Positions 41,175 to 54,300 of a stretch of DNA of 64,000 nucleotides are shown here, piece after piece. The notes under the pieces are model-generated. The model saw nothing but the letters and a program-made list of their open reading frames with translations, was not told where the DNA came from and searched no databases. Both the position numbers and the translations under genes were made by a program. Source of the stretch: Paraspadella gotoi (lineage: Eukaryota > Animalia > Chaetognatha); contig CM119264.1 of assembly GCA_051294375.1 (NCBI GenBank), forward strand, positions 19,041,590 through 19,105,589, given 5' to 3'. Position 1 is the stretch's first letter. Every line of letters starts with the position of its first letter.

Positions 41175-43742
41175 AGAAGAAGAAAGAAAAAGAGAGGCAA
41201 GAAGGATCGTGCCATTAAAAGCTTTTGAAGTTAATCAGGACAGAATCTGAAATCAATATGAAATGCTAGTACAGACGTTAAGCGTATCGCTTGCGACGCA
41301 TTTTTTTCAATTTTCAATAAAACAACATCCTGAAGTTGAACTTCCAAAAGCGAGAAGTAAAAAAAACTTACTTCAAGTAATAATGGCATTTAAAACTCAT
41401 ACTCCTCAAAACACAAAATTATATTGTTTGCGCCACTGAAATCCCCGTGATCTTAATTTTCTCTCACAATAGTTTCCCTTCTTTTTTTTCTTTTCCTTAT
41501 TTCCCCTTCTTTTTTTCTTTTCCTTATTTCCCGCTCTCTCCTCACTTGCTTCCTACTTTCCCCGGCGCCCTCCTTCCCTTCATTTCCCTCCCCGCAATCT
41601 CTTGCAATCTCTCATTTACCAGATATTCCTGTCCAGACTTTGTCCCGGATGACAAATGGATGTTTTGTCTGCGGATTCGGACCGAAATGTTCCAACGTCA
41701 AAAACCTCAATCTCCAAACTCAAATTCAAGGCGGAGAAAGGAATATAAATAAATATTTTATATGGTGGGCGACCGCGTGGCGTCGTAATTGTAGCGCGGA
41801 CAGTTGCTGTTGATGTGAATTTTCTCGCGTACAATCTCCAAATTGAACCGAGTCTGGAACCCGAGAACTCCGGGCGCGTCGAAGCAACTGGGAAGGGCGA
41901 AGTGGTCGCCGGTCGGTCGGGAGGAGAAGAGTTTATATCGGAAAAGAAGAAGAGGTTGAAGGCGAAGTGAGGCGAAGAGGAGGACGAAGAGAGGATGAGG
42001 ATGAAGAGGATGACGAGCATAACCGGGAAGAGGGGAGGGAAAGCGAAGACGAGGAAGAAACGAAATAAGAATTCGTTAAGAAAGAATCGTGAGGAGCGGC
42101 GAGGATGAGTGAAGAACGAAGTCTTCTACTACAACTGCATTATAGAAGAAATTATCGTTAGGGAGAATGGTTAAAGAGACAAGTTGCTAATGAGAGTTTA
42201 TATTAATTAATAAAATAAATAATTAAGAAAAAAAAGATTTTAAATAATTCATTTTTTTTTATAAAATTAAATAATTAATTATGAGGGTTTTATACTTTTG
42301 GTTTTGCGAATGAATATTTTTCTTTCTCTTTTTTTGTTGAAGTATTTTTCCCGTTTTTGAATAAGATTAATAAAATTGATGATCATTGCTTGTGTCTTTT
42401 GTTTAAAAAAAAATTGCTCCACTTCAACTTCTGACCGAAAATGGCCATCTATCGCTCCAGAAGATGGACAAACATAAGTACCATCATGTCGCCATATATT
42501 CGGTTATTGTAATTGGTAATGGTATATTTTCTTGAATAACGATTAGTGATAAGGTATATGGGTTAAAAAAGTAAATTAAATGATGTTATCTTTAGTGTTT
42601 AAAGGTAGGACCAGAAATAAAATAGCCTTGTCACAGAAAGTTTCCTTCGATTAAAACAGGCAACTTGTGGTTTGGAGTGTACGTTCACTGTCTCGCATTT
42701 TATTACCTAAATTTAAAAAAAAAAAAATAAACCATAAATTAAATAAAAAAAAAAAGAAACATCAAATGCGGTGTTTTTAATCATAAACAAGGTTCTCGTA
42801 AACCACAAACCATTTATTGGCTTTTATTCCAAAAACAAAAATTGTTTCTATAAAAGCAGATTTCTCCAAGATTTCTCCTCGAATTTAGACAAAACTTTCT
42901 GGTCTTTCACCTAAGTACTATCTTCGGAAGAAAAAAAGAACATGCAAGCGAATATCATCGTCGTTGTTTTGCCTTTTAGGCATCGTCCGCTGTATTGCAA
43001 CTCCATTTAAGGCAAGGATAATACATTTCTATTTAACATGTAGTACTACGTCTTAACATTTCTTTTTANNNNNNNNNNNNNNNNNNNNNNNNNTGTTCAG
43101 TGTTATCAAAGCTAGAGACAGCGACGGAGTGAGCGAGAAAGAATGAGAGAGAAAGAGAGAAAGAAAGAGAGAGAGCAGTCTCGGACTTCGCTCTCTTTTT
43201 TTTCTTTTTCTCCGCGTTTCTCTTCCATCCTTTTCTCCTTCACCTATTTTCCTATCCTTTCTCCTTCCTTCTTCTTCCTTTCTTCCTTCCTTTCCTTCCT
43301 TCCTTCCTTCCTTCCTTCCTTCTCTTCCTCATTCCTTCGTTCCATTCCTTCTTTCTTTTTTTTTTCTTTTCTTTTTTCTTTCTTCTTTCTTTCTTTCTTT
43401 TTCTTTCTTTTCTTCTTCTGATTTTTTTCTTCTTTCTTTTTCTTTTTCTTTTCTTTCTTTTCTTTCTTTCTTCTTATTTTATAAATTTTTCTCTTTTCCA
43501 CCTCTTTCCCTCTCTTTCTTGCCCAAAAGCGGATGAGAAAAAGCTTATTACTGATTTAACCTGTATCCATCAAGGACAAGCGAGAAAAGATGGAAAAAGA
43601 AGGAGAAGGTTTGTTGAACGAAAAGAGACCGTGAGCGCAGAAGAGAGAGGAAAGAGGTGGAAAAAGATGGAAAAAATAAATAAGAAGAAGAAAGAAGAAG
43701 AAAGAAGAAGGAAGAAAGAAAGAAAGAAGAAAGAAGAAATGA

Positions 43743-43778
<36 letters not shown>

Positions 43779-44315
43779 AAAAAAAAGAAAACGAAGGTGG
43801 AACGAAGGAATGAAGGAAGGAAAGGAAGGAAGGAAGGAAGGAAGGAAGGAAGGAAGGAAGGAAGGAAGGAAGGAAGGAAGAAAGGATAGAAAATAGGTGA
43901 AGGAGAACAGGATGGAAAGAGAAACGCGGAGAAAAGAAAAAAAAATGAGAGCGAGAGTCGAGACTGAGAGGAAGCATTTTTTTAGTCGTAAAATGCTTTG
44001 TCCAAAAATGAAAGGAGAGCAGTTCGAAGGGGAAAGTAGGGGAGAGAGAAAGGGCGTTCTTTGAGTTGTACGAAAATGCTTTGTCAAATAAAAAAAAAAA
44101 GGATATTGAGGGGGGGAAAGAGGGAAGGGGAGATAGGAGGAGCCGAAGAGAAGCCCTGATTCGAGCTGAAAACCTAACAAATGGAATAGAGCATCTGCCT
44201 TTTTGAGGCTGGGTCAAGGAGTTGGGGTCCCGGGCTCTGCAGCCGTAATGGTTTTTTGGGCCAGTTAATGGAAGAGAGGAAAGGAAGTAAGTGAGAAGAG
44301 AGAGACGAGAGAGAT

Positions 44316-44356
<41 letters not shown>

Positions 44357-44541
44357 GAGAGACGAGAGAGAGAGAGAGAGAGAGAGATATTAGATACTGT
44401 TCCCAAACGTTTCAGATTTGAAAAAATCGCACAATCGTTCAGAAACATGTTAAAGAACATTTTTGTGAATATCTTGTTCAGTGTTATCAAAGCTTAGAGA
44501 CAGCGCGGAGTGAGCGAGAAAGAATGAGAGAGAAGAGAGAG

Positions 44542-44581
<40 letters not shown>

Positions 44582-44623
44582 GAGAAGAGAGAGAGAGANN
44601 NNNNNNNNNNNNNNNNNNNNNNN

Positions 44624-44659
<36 letters not shown>

Positions 44660-44825
44660 TTCAGGAAGATTTCGCTGGGTGATATAGAAGGAGAGATATC
44701 GCGGGGCAAGCATTTCAAGAGTTAAAGATTGATACCTAATGGGAGGTTTCAAAGAAGCCAGAGATAGACAACTGCCAATGAGTGGCTGGCAAAGAAGGAG
44801 GTGATATAGAAAAAAAAAGAAAGAT

Positions 44826-44916
<91 letters not shown>

Positions 44917-46798
44917 AAAGAGAGCAAGAAGGATCGTGCCATTAAAAGCTTTTGAAGTTAATCAGGACAGAATCTGAAATCAATATGAAGATGCTAGTAC
45001 AGACGTTAAGCGTATCGCTTGCGACGCATTTTTTTCAATTTTCAATAAAACAACATCCTGAAGTTGAACTTCCAAAAGCGAGAAGTAAAAAAAACTACTT
45101 CAAGTAATAATGGCATTTAAAACTCACTACTCCTCAAAACACAAAATTATTGTTGCGCCACTGAAATCCCCGTGATCTTAATTTTCTCACAATAGTTTCC
45201 CCTTCTTTTTTTTCTTTTCCTTATTTCCCCTTCTTTTTTTCTTTTCCTTATTTCCCGCTCTCTCCTCACTTGCTTCCTACTTTCCCCGGCGCCCTCCTTC
45301 CCTTCATTTCCCTCCCCGCAATCTCTTGCAATCTCTCATTTACCAAGATATTCCTGTCCAGACTTTGTCCCGGATGACAAATGGATGTTTTGTCTGCGGA
45401 TTCGGACCGAAATGTTCCACGTCAAAACCTCAAATCTCCAAACTCAAATTCAAGGCGGAGAAAGGAATATAAATAAATATTTATAAATGGTGGCGACCGT
45501 GGCGTCGTAATTGTAGCGCGGACAGTTGCTGTTGATGTGAATTTTCTCGCGTACAATCTCCAAATTGAACCGAGTCTGGAACCCGAGAACTCCCGGGCGC
45601 GTCGAAGCAACTTGGGAAGGGCGAAGTGGTCGCCGGTCGGGCGGGAGGAGAAGAGTTTATATCGGAAAAGAAGAAGAGGTTGAAGGCGAAGTGGAGGACG
45701 AAGAGGAGGACGAAGAGGAGGATGAGGATGAAGAGGATGACGAGCATACCGGGAAGAGGGGAGGGAAAGCGAAGACGAGGAAGAAACGAAATAAGAATTC
45801 GTTAAGAAGAATCGTGAGGACGGCGAGGATGAGTGAGAACGAAGTCTTCTACTACAACTGCATTATAGAAGAAATTATCGTTAGGGAGAATGGTTAAAGA
45901 GACCAAGTTGCTAATGAGAGTTTAATTATAAAATAATAAAATAATAAAATTAAGAAAAAAAAAAAGATTTTAAATAATTCATTTTTTTTTTTTAATAAAA
46001 AATTAAATAAATTATTATGAGGGGTTTATACTTTGGTTTTGCGAATGAATATTTTCTTTCTCTTTTTTTGTTGAAGTATTTTTCCCGTTTTTGAATAAGA
46101 TTAATAAAATTGATGATCATTGCTTGTGTCTTTTGTTTAAAAAAAAATTGCTCCACTTCAACTTCTGACCGAAAATGGCCATCTATCGCTCCAGAAGATG
46201 GACAAACATAAGTACCATCATGTCGCCATATATTCGGTTATTGTAATTGGTAATGGTATATTTTCTTGAATAACGATTAGTGATAAGGTATATGGGTTAA
46301 AAAAGTAAATTAAATGATGTTATCTTTAGTGTTTAAAGGTAGGACCAGAAATAAAATAGCCTTGTCACAGAAAGTTTCCTTCGATTAAAACAGGCAACTT
46401 GTGGTTTGGAGTGTACGTTCACTGTCTCGCATTTTATTACCTAAATTTAAAAAAAAAAATAAAACCATAAATTAAATAAAAAAAAAGAAACATCAAATGC
46501 GGTGTTTTATCTAAACAAGGTTCTCGTAAACCACAAACCATTTATTGGCTTTTATTCCAAAAACAAAAATTGTTTGCTATAAAAGCAGATTTCTCCAAGA
46601 TTTCTCCCTCGAATTTAGACAAAACTTTCTGGTCTTTCACCTAAGTACTATCTTCGGAAGAAAAAAAGAACATGCAAGCGAATATCATCGTCGTTGTTTG
46701 CCTTTTAGGCATCGTCGCTGTATCTGCAACTCCATTTAAGGCAAGGATAATACATTTCTATTTAACATGTAGTACTACGTCTTAACATTTCTTTTTTA
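39872..46798. repeat. ~3.2-kb tandem duplication (39872-43068 and 43532-46798), probably an assembly artefact
   Basis: The copies differ mainly by homopolymer/microsatellite indels. They are joined by an N gap (43069-43093), a short third copy and an inverted fragment (~43176-43521). Copy 1 carries an indel-damaged ML exon 1 (ATG 42942). Confidence 0.85.
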
Positions 46799-47848
46799 CT
46801 CTTTGTTTGTTAGCGACGTGAAAAGTAGATAAAAATTTAGTTATTGTTTACGGTTAAAAAAAAAGACGACAATCATTTGTGAATTGTCTTTGTGAATAGA
46901 ATATCTCAAAAACGGTAATTTAAAAAGCTTTCTTTCTTTTCTTCAGCCTTGCGGCGGATCAGATACAGTGGAATCAGTGACGATTCCCGGATGTAACAAG
47001 GCGCCATGCATCGTTCATCCGGGGATGACGGGGACCACCACAGTCATCTTTGATACGACCGTAATAAATCCGAAAAATAGGAGCTTATTTATGTAGTATA
47101 ACTATTTTATTATCAGGAATCAACCACTGTCACGGAACATTGGTTTGCGATTATTGGTTCTGCCCCGCCGGTCGCGGTCCCTATGCTGAACAAGGGAAAG
47201 TTTTGTCTCCACGGGACGGTGAGCGAAAAAACCCTTTATCCGATTCTCATATCCAAAAATTGTCGATTGATTCATGATCATCCTGGAGAACCTGGTTCGT
47301 TTGTTTAGACGAGCGTATAAATATTTTGATTAAAACTGTAAAGGAACATTAGCTATAACATTAACTAACCGCAAGAGGCTGTGAATAAGATATCAAATGT
47401 TGACAGTTACCTCTGTTTTCTTCTCACAGGCAAAGTGCGTCTCTGGATCTGAAGGTATAGAAAAAGGACAAAAATATGATTTTGTTCATGAACTGCACGT
47501 GCCGGAGGAACTTCCTCAAACGAGTCTAATATTTCGGATGGAATTAAGGGTATATACGTTTATAACATCTTTAACTATATGTTGTTTTTTTTTTCACTTT
47601 GGTAAAAGGATCAAAATACATTCTTATCGATATAAAAAAAATTAATTGTAATTGAAAAAAGTCGTAAATCATTCCGTATATCCTTTTACCTTCCCATTGT
47701 TTCTTAAAAAAAATATTATGTTAAAATAAGTTAAAAGTAATTAGTAAGTGCTCCAATAATGTATTATACTACCTTTTCTTTCTTTAAGGATGCCAGTGAA
47801 GCTAAAATGGTCTGCATAGATATACCTTTCGAAATCAAAGAACTATAA
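46672..47848 (+). CDS. Secreted ML-domain (NPC2/MD-2-related lipid-recognition) protein
   Basis: Exons 46672-46740 (signal peptide MQANIIVVVCLLGIVAVSATPFK, GC donor), 46947-47060, 47117-47218, 47430-47549, 47789-47848. Six cysteines in NPC2-like spacing (PCGG, PGCNKAPCIVHPG, FCLH, KCVS, MVCIDIPFEI) and the GIEKGQKYDF motif. Confidence 0.85.
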
Positions 47849-49351
47849 TTTTCGGGGTGGATTCAAAAATATGTTGTCCACAAGAAAATTCTTTCCAAAA
47901 ATATTTAGTTCGATTCTGGGGTTGAATATAAGGATGTTATTGAGAATCGATATTACAACCGTTGTGAAAACTTTTTGTAAAAGTTAATAGTTTAATAGTT
48001 TCAAATAATAATTAAAGAATATTTACGTATATTTGTATAATTAGTATTTTGCCCGAAACGTGATAGTTATATATAATGAACGAATCTTTTTCCCACTTCT
48101 ACACCTGGGGGCATTTCTTTCCATTTTCGAAAGGGTTTTTTAGTCAGAAAGTTCATTTGAGCTAATGAATAAAGATAGATATTTTTACCAGAAACTATAT
48201 TTTCATATTAGAGTTAAAAATTTGGAGGTGAAAAAAAAAACAACATTTATTCAAAGTTGTTTTTTTTTCCTATCTAATAAAATAGCTTAAAATAAAAAGA
48301 TAAATAAAACCAAACAAACTTAATTAAAGCCTAAAATAAAATTAAATCTGGAGGAAACGACACGGTTCCTAAAACAAAGATAAAATGTTTTTAAATAAAC
48401 TTGGTGATGTTTGAAGAGGCTCGTAGCCAATCGATTGGCTCGACCCCTTTGGCCCACGGTACAGGGGGGTGTTCAAAATAAAATAAAAAAGAGGAAAAAG
48501 ACGCTTGATCAACTTCGACATCAACATTGAGTTGAAACTTGGTTTCTACAGTTACAGTGTTTGTTAAGCCATGAGCTGTGAAAGTTAGATCTTTATTTGT
48601 GGTTATTGTTAAACAAAAATTTCGTCAATCGAATCAACTATTATGTCAATAACAATGACGTATGATTTTATATAATCACATTTCAACTAGCATTGAAAAG
48701 ACCGATACAATTACAAGAACGACGAAGTTTTGAAATAGAGCGGTGAAAATAGGTGTGAGGTTCCAGGGTGGAGCAATTTAGAACGAAAAAAGACGAGGAT
48801 GAAGAGAAAGAAGAGGAGGGGAAAGACGTGAGATTCCGGTGCCGAGAAATAGAATTTGGGATCGACTTTCTTGACTCGATTCCATTTTCAAAAATTCCGT
48901 CATCACATCTCTTCGTCTTATCTCTATATTATCTCTATATTATCTCTTTATTTCTATTTTATTTGACTTTTGAACAAAAGGACAAATAATTTTTGAACCA
49001 TATTTTTCCCCCAACCTGCGACATGAAACCGAAACTACACTTTTTTTTTTTTAAATAAAAATTAACCAAAAAAAAAAAAACCAAAAAAAAAAAAAAAAAC
49101 AATCGAAATTTATTGCAGATTAAACCGCGATTTTTCCGACCACCTGTTGATTCTTTAAACTGAGCGCGGGTGTGGGAATCGGGCGAAGGGGCGAGTGCCG
49201 TTCGAACTTGGCGGGGGTCACGATGGGTCTCCACCACTCCGTCGTTGAGTGGTCGGAATTGCTCAGCAGCCGCCCCGGTGGGCAATGGATGGGTGCGATG
49301 TGCCGTCCCAGTGGGAGAACAAGTTTTTCTCCGGCCCCACCTTCTCACAGT

Positions 49352-49431
<80 letters not shown>

Positions 49432-49534
49432 AACCCCCCCTACCCGAAATTTATCTTCGTTTCATTTATTGAATGAGGGAAAAGAAGAAATGACGACCGC
49501 AAGCGAAAAGTTTTGTCATTTTGCCCAAAGTTTG

Positions 49535-49575
<41 letters not shown>

Positions 49576-49584
49576 TCTCTCTCT

Positions 49585-49634
<50 letters not shown>

Positions 49635-50381
49635 ACAAATTTTCATTTTTGAAACAATTGTTTGGACGACACTCTGCAGAGATTGCGACGATTTCTCTAG
49701 AAAAGACCACGACGAAGACGACGACGACTACGAGGGCGATGACAGCGCCGTGTCCCCATCCGGCTTTGATGCCAGGGTCACTAAAGTGCAACTGAGTCGC
49801 ACAGATTTTTTCGAGTTCGACTACAAGTCGTTTCGACTCTTTAACATCCTTTCCTCCCAAGATGATTTTTACTGCGCGGCGGTCTTCTTCTGTTTTTATT
49901 TCGTTTACTTCGACTCGTCGGCATTAACCTGCTCTTTTGTTGATTCTGGAAATCTCCACAAAAACAAATGCAACCCCCCGTTTCTGAAAGTCGATGATGA
50001 AAAGGGAAAAAAGATGAATTACTATTTTTAGATAAAGTTTTTTATTTGTTCGGTGAGAAATCGAACTGCGACGTATTTTTCATGTTTTTTTCTCACCTCG
50101 ATGATCTGACGACATCTCCTTTCCCGGAATTTCTTTGGCGCGTAATACGTCAATATAAGCCTTTAGGCGTGCCTCGCTCTAAAAACTCCTGGATAACAAA
50201 GTGTGTGACGCCGTTTTATTCTTTACAGTTTACTCCTTAGTATCCATCCCGTTCCTTCTCGGAGAAAGGTTAGGTTGTTAAATTATCTGGTGAAACCAGG
50301 ATGTGTCATGTTTGCGAAAATGACGCAGAAACCGAATAAGGAGGTATTCGTACCCTTCCCGACAGAGACGCACACAACACA

Positions 50382-50440
<59 letters not shown>

Positions 50441-51323
50441 ACCCTTAAAAGACTTCGAACAATTTCAATTGGCTTCATACTTAGTTGGTAATCAAACGGG
50501 AAACCCTCAATTTTTTTTTTTGAAAAAACGAGTTATTATTTCTTTTTTTCTTCATCTCGAGAAACGTCCCGAGATCCTGAACAAAAAATTCGCGAATGTT
50601 TGCCGTGAATGACGCACAACTTAAGTTTCACAAAAAGTTTCAACTTACTTTTTTTTGTTCATCGTAGAAAAAGACCAAAAATTTTTTTTGGGGTCCAAGA
50701 AAGGAAAAAAAACGTATAAGATTAAACTCGTTGTAAAGGTGAAGGCGGCGGGAATAAAAGTAGCCTGCTAGCGTTCGATAAAACGATGAAATTTATTTTT
50801 TAATTCTATGGTCAATACGCCGTCCTTTTAACCTGTGAGAAATGAAAAACCTAAAGGTTCCCTGGAAAATTCTTAAGAAATCTTAAGTTATTTTGCTCTT
50901 TTTACTTTTTAACCGAAAAACATTCATCGGAGTAGAAAATGAGCCCTTTGCTGTTAGTAAATCTGTGTTGTCGGCGTCGTTTTAGTTTTTTAGTCATATT
51001 AACTTGATGTAGATTTAGTTTATTTTTAAAATTTATAACTCCTGTTATTGTTACCTGTGTACACCGTACAAGACGTCAAATTGTAAGCTTAAATTTTAAA
51101 AATATAGTACGTGATTTGTTCCTTTTTTATTCTTTTACTACCACAAAAGATATTTTATTATTTAATTGATGACATATGTAAGAATAAGCTCATTCTCGAC
51201 TTACTAATCTAACTATTGCTGGCCTCTCGTTTTTCCCCCCACAACTTCGCAGATAAATATTTGTAGAATAAGCATATTTTCTTTGCCATCATTTTATTTG
51301 ATAAATATGTATTTTTAAAACAG

Positions 51324-54300
51324 ATGAATTGTTTGTTGTTGTTTTCCATTCTTCTCTCCGCGGCAAATCTGGCATCGGCCTCCAATGAAGCCACGTAAGT
51401 AAACAATCAATCCGAGGGTCCTAACTTTTTACTTTGGTGTCAATTGAGAGGAATACTTTTGTTAAAGTTGTTAAAGTTTTTGTATTTTTAAATAGTTCCT
51501 GAAGGGATACGAAGACATTTTTATCATCAGTCATGAATACTAATTTAAAAATTTTATAACGAATCCTACTTTAACTAACCATAGATACATGGTGCTGGTG
51601 CCGCGGCTGCTGCGTCCGGGTTTGGACTTCGTCGTCTCCGTCCAATTTCAAAGTCGAGATCGCGTCAAAGTTGTCGCTCAGATCAAAAAGGATGACATCC
51701 CTTTCGCCTACAGCACCATGGATTACACTGGACAAGGCCAACTCCGGAGTCTAAATATTAGAATTCCCAATGACGGTAAGGATGTGATTTTGAACGTAAA
51801 ACGAGGCATAGTCAGTTTCAGATTGAACGCCTTTTGTGGTTTTCGATTTACTATTTTTCCAAAAATTACCTATTTTTTCATGAGTCCTTCATGGCATCGT
51901 TTGTTTTTTTTTTCGAATCCAGCCAGCGAAGGCAAGTACAAACTGGAGTTCTCAGCTTGGCGGGAAAACGAACCCAACCCGATGAATGTGTTCATGCATG
52001 GATTCGGATCTCGAAATCCCTCGGAATTCGGAGAACTCAATTCGCCGGTGAAGAACAACTTCGTTTCCGTGATGAACCGAACCGACCTCCAATTCCAGGT
52101 AAGTTTGCTCGAGACGGGGATGAATTCTGCTTAAGTAACTGCCGAGAGAATCCCTCACTTATCTTTTTAAATATTTTAAACAAGGATCACACTTGGTCGA
52201 TTTTCATCCAAACCGATAAACCTAAGTACAAACCGGGGGATACGGGTAAGTTTGCAATGGGAACTGAAGAATGAACAAGTTTGTTTTCACTAAATAATAA
52301 TATTTAAATCAAGAATTCATATATTTATTTTCAATAAATTTTAAATCTCTATTCAAAAAGTTCGGTTTCGCGTGTTCGCCGTTTTGCCAAACCTTAGACC
52401 ATACATGGGAAACATGGACGTCACGATATATGATCCCAAAGGAAATCAGATGAAAAAGTTAAAGAATCACAGAGGCAGCGCTGGATACAAATCGGGTAAA
52501 AGTCGATTTTCTCGAGAAAAAAAGTCTCCGCTTTGTTACTAATCGCGTTCATCTTGACCGACATTCATTATATTATATTAAATGTTATATTATGCTATAT
52601 TATAGGAGTAGGAATGAGCAGCGACACCTTCGAATTGGCCGACTTACCGACTCTCGGCACTTGGAGAATTAAAGCCAAGATTCAGGGTCAAGAGGAACAG
52701 GGATCTTTCGTTGTCGAGAAATACGTTTTGCCTAAGTTCGACGTGAGCCTCGTACTGCCAGGTGATTACGGATGAAATCAAGAAATAAATCGGCTCTAAA
52801 GTTAACGTCCGTTTCTTTTCTTCTAAACATACAGTAGAATGATTTCTTTTTCCATAGACTTCGTTTCGATGACTGACGACACTGTTGTGTTGGGAAAAGT
52901 CAAGGCCAAATACACTTTCGGCCAGGGAGTGGACGGTCGAGCAGATGTTTCCATCAAATATGGATGGAAACAAGAAATCTCCAAAAACGTCGATGTGGTA
53001 AATATTAAAAAAATGTAGCTTTCATAGGTGTTATGTCAATATATGTTCGCCCAGCAAAAATCACGCCTTCCCACCATCTCAGGTGAACGGTGAGGGAGTA
53101 TTCACGGTCACAGTTGAGGATTTGAAGAAAATCTCGTCTCGATGGGGAAAGAATTGGTTCCACGAGACGAGGTTTCAGGTGACGGCGAACGTCACCGATG
53201 GCGCGACCGGCACTCACGTCCTTGAATCGGACTCTTTCAATGCTTACAAGTAATTTCATGGGAAAAATAGATAAATAAGGTCTTCAAAGAAAGTAAATTT
53301 TAAAAAAATTACCATTTTTTATTCTTTAATATTAATCCATGAAATCAAACAGAAATATTTTCTCCCAAATATTTTTTTCAGCCACAAAGAAAGAGTTAAG
53401 TTTTTGGGTCTTCCAAAAGTCTTCAAACCTGGAATGAAGTTTTTAGTTCGTCTCAAAGCTTCACTTCAAGATGGCAGTCCGATCGTCGATTCGTCTCGTC
53501 CCGTTAATTTAACTTACTACTTCAAGTAACCAATGTTATCATTTGTAAAAAAATTGATTAAATGTTAAACAGCGATCCAAGTAATCATTCCGCTATATTT
53601 CGTTTAGGCACAAAGAGATGGAGCCAGTTCTTTCCACGATGGCGATGTTGCCACCGAAAGACGCCCCGTTTGACGCGGAATCTAAATGGGTCGATTTGGT
53701 GGTCAGTACAAAAAAAAAAAATCATTTCATCAAAAAAAATATGCATATATATCATCGACGACGACAACAACGACATATATACACTCTGAAAAGATATATC
53801 GTTCAAAATATTTTTATGATTTTTTCCCCTTTTTTTTAAATTGATCATTGATCAATCGTTTGTTTCTTTCTGCCCCGACCAGGTACCATGGGGAGTTCGC
53901 AAGTTGCGCCTGAAGGACGCGGGTGACGGACTCGTCAACGTGACTTGGGCTCAAGACAAACTTGTGGAGACGGAGAAAGTCTCGATTCTTAAAACCGTTC
54001 CACCTAATGGAATGGTCGAGGTCGAGATCGACGTTCCGGAAGACGCGCACTCGCTCAATTTCATGGCGAGTTGTTAATATAAATTGTGACAAGCTATTAA
54101 CTAGCTGAACCGAATTTAATGACCATTTTGATTTAACATTGCCTGGTCCCACAGGCTTTGTACGGAAACCAAAACGAGCATTACGCCGTTAGGGAATATG
54201 TTGGCAAAGCGTTTTCTCCGTCCAACAGTTTCATTAGAATTTCCCAAGTTCCAGACCAGATTCAATCGGATGGAACCAGTAGAAAACTCAAGGTTCGTAT

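Noticed and set aside
42942-43011. Second ML gene copy or pseudogene
   Set aside because: It lies in the duplicated block beside an N gap and differs only by small indels; best explained as redundant assembly.
50438-50445. CTAACCCT telomerase-template-like 8-mer
   Set aside because: It abuts a (CT)n tract in AT-rich sequence with no pseudoknot; an 8-mer is expected by chance in 64 kb.
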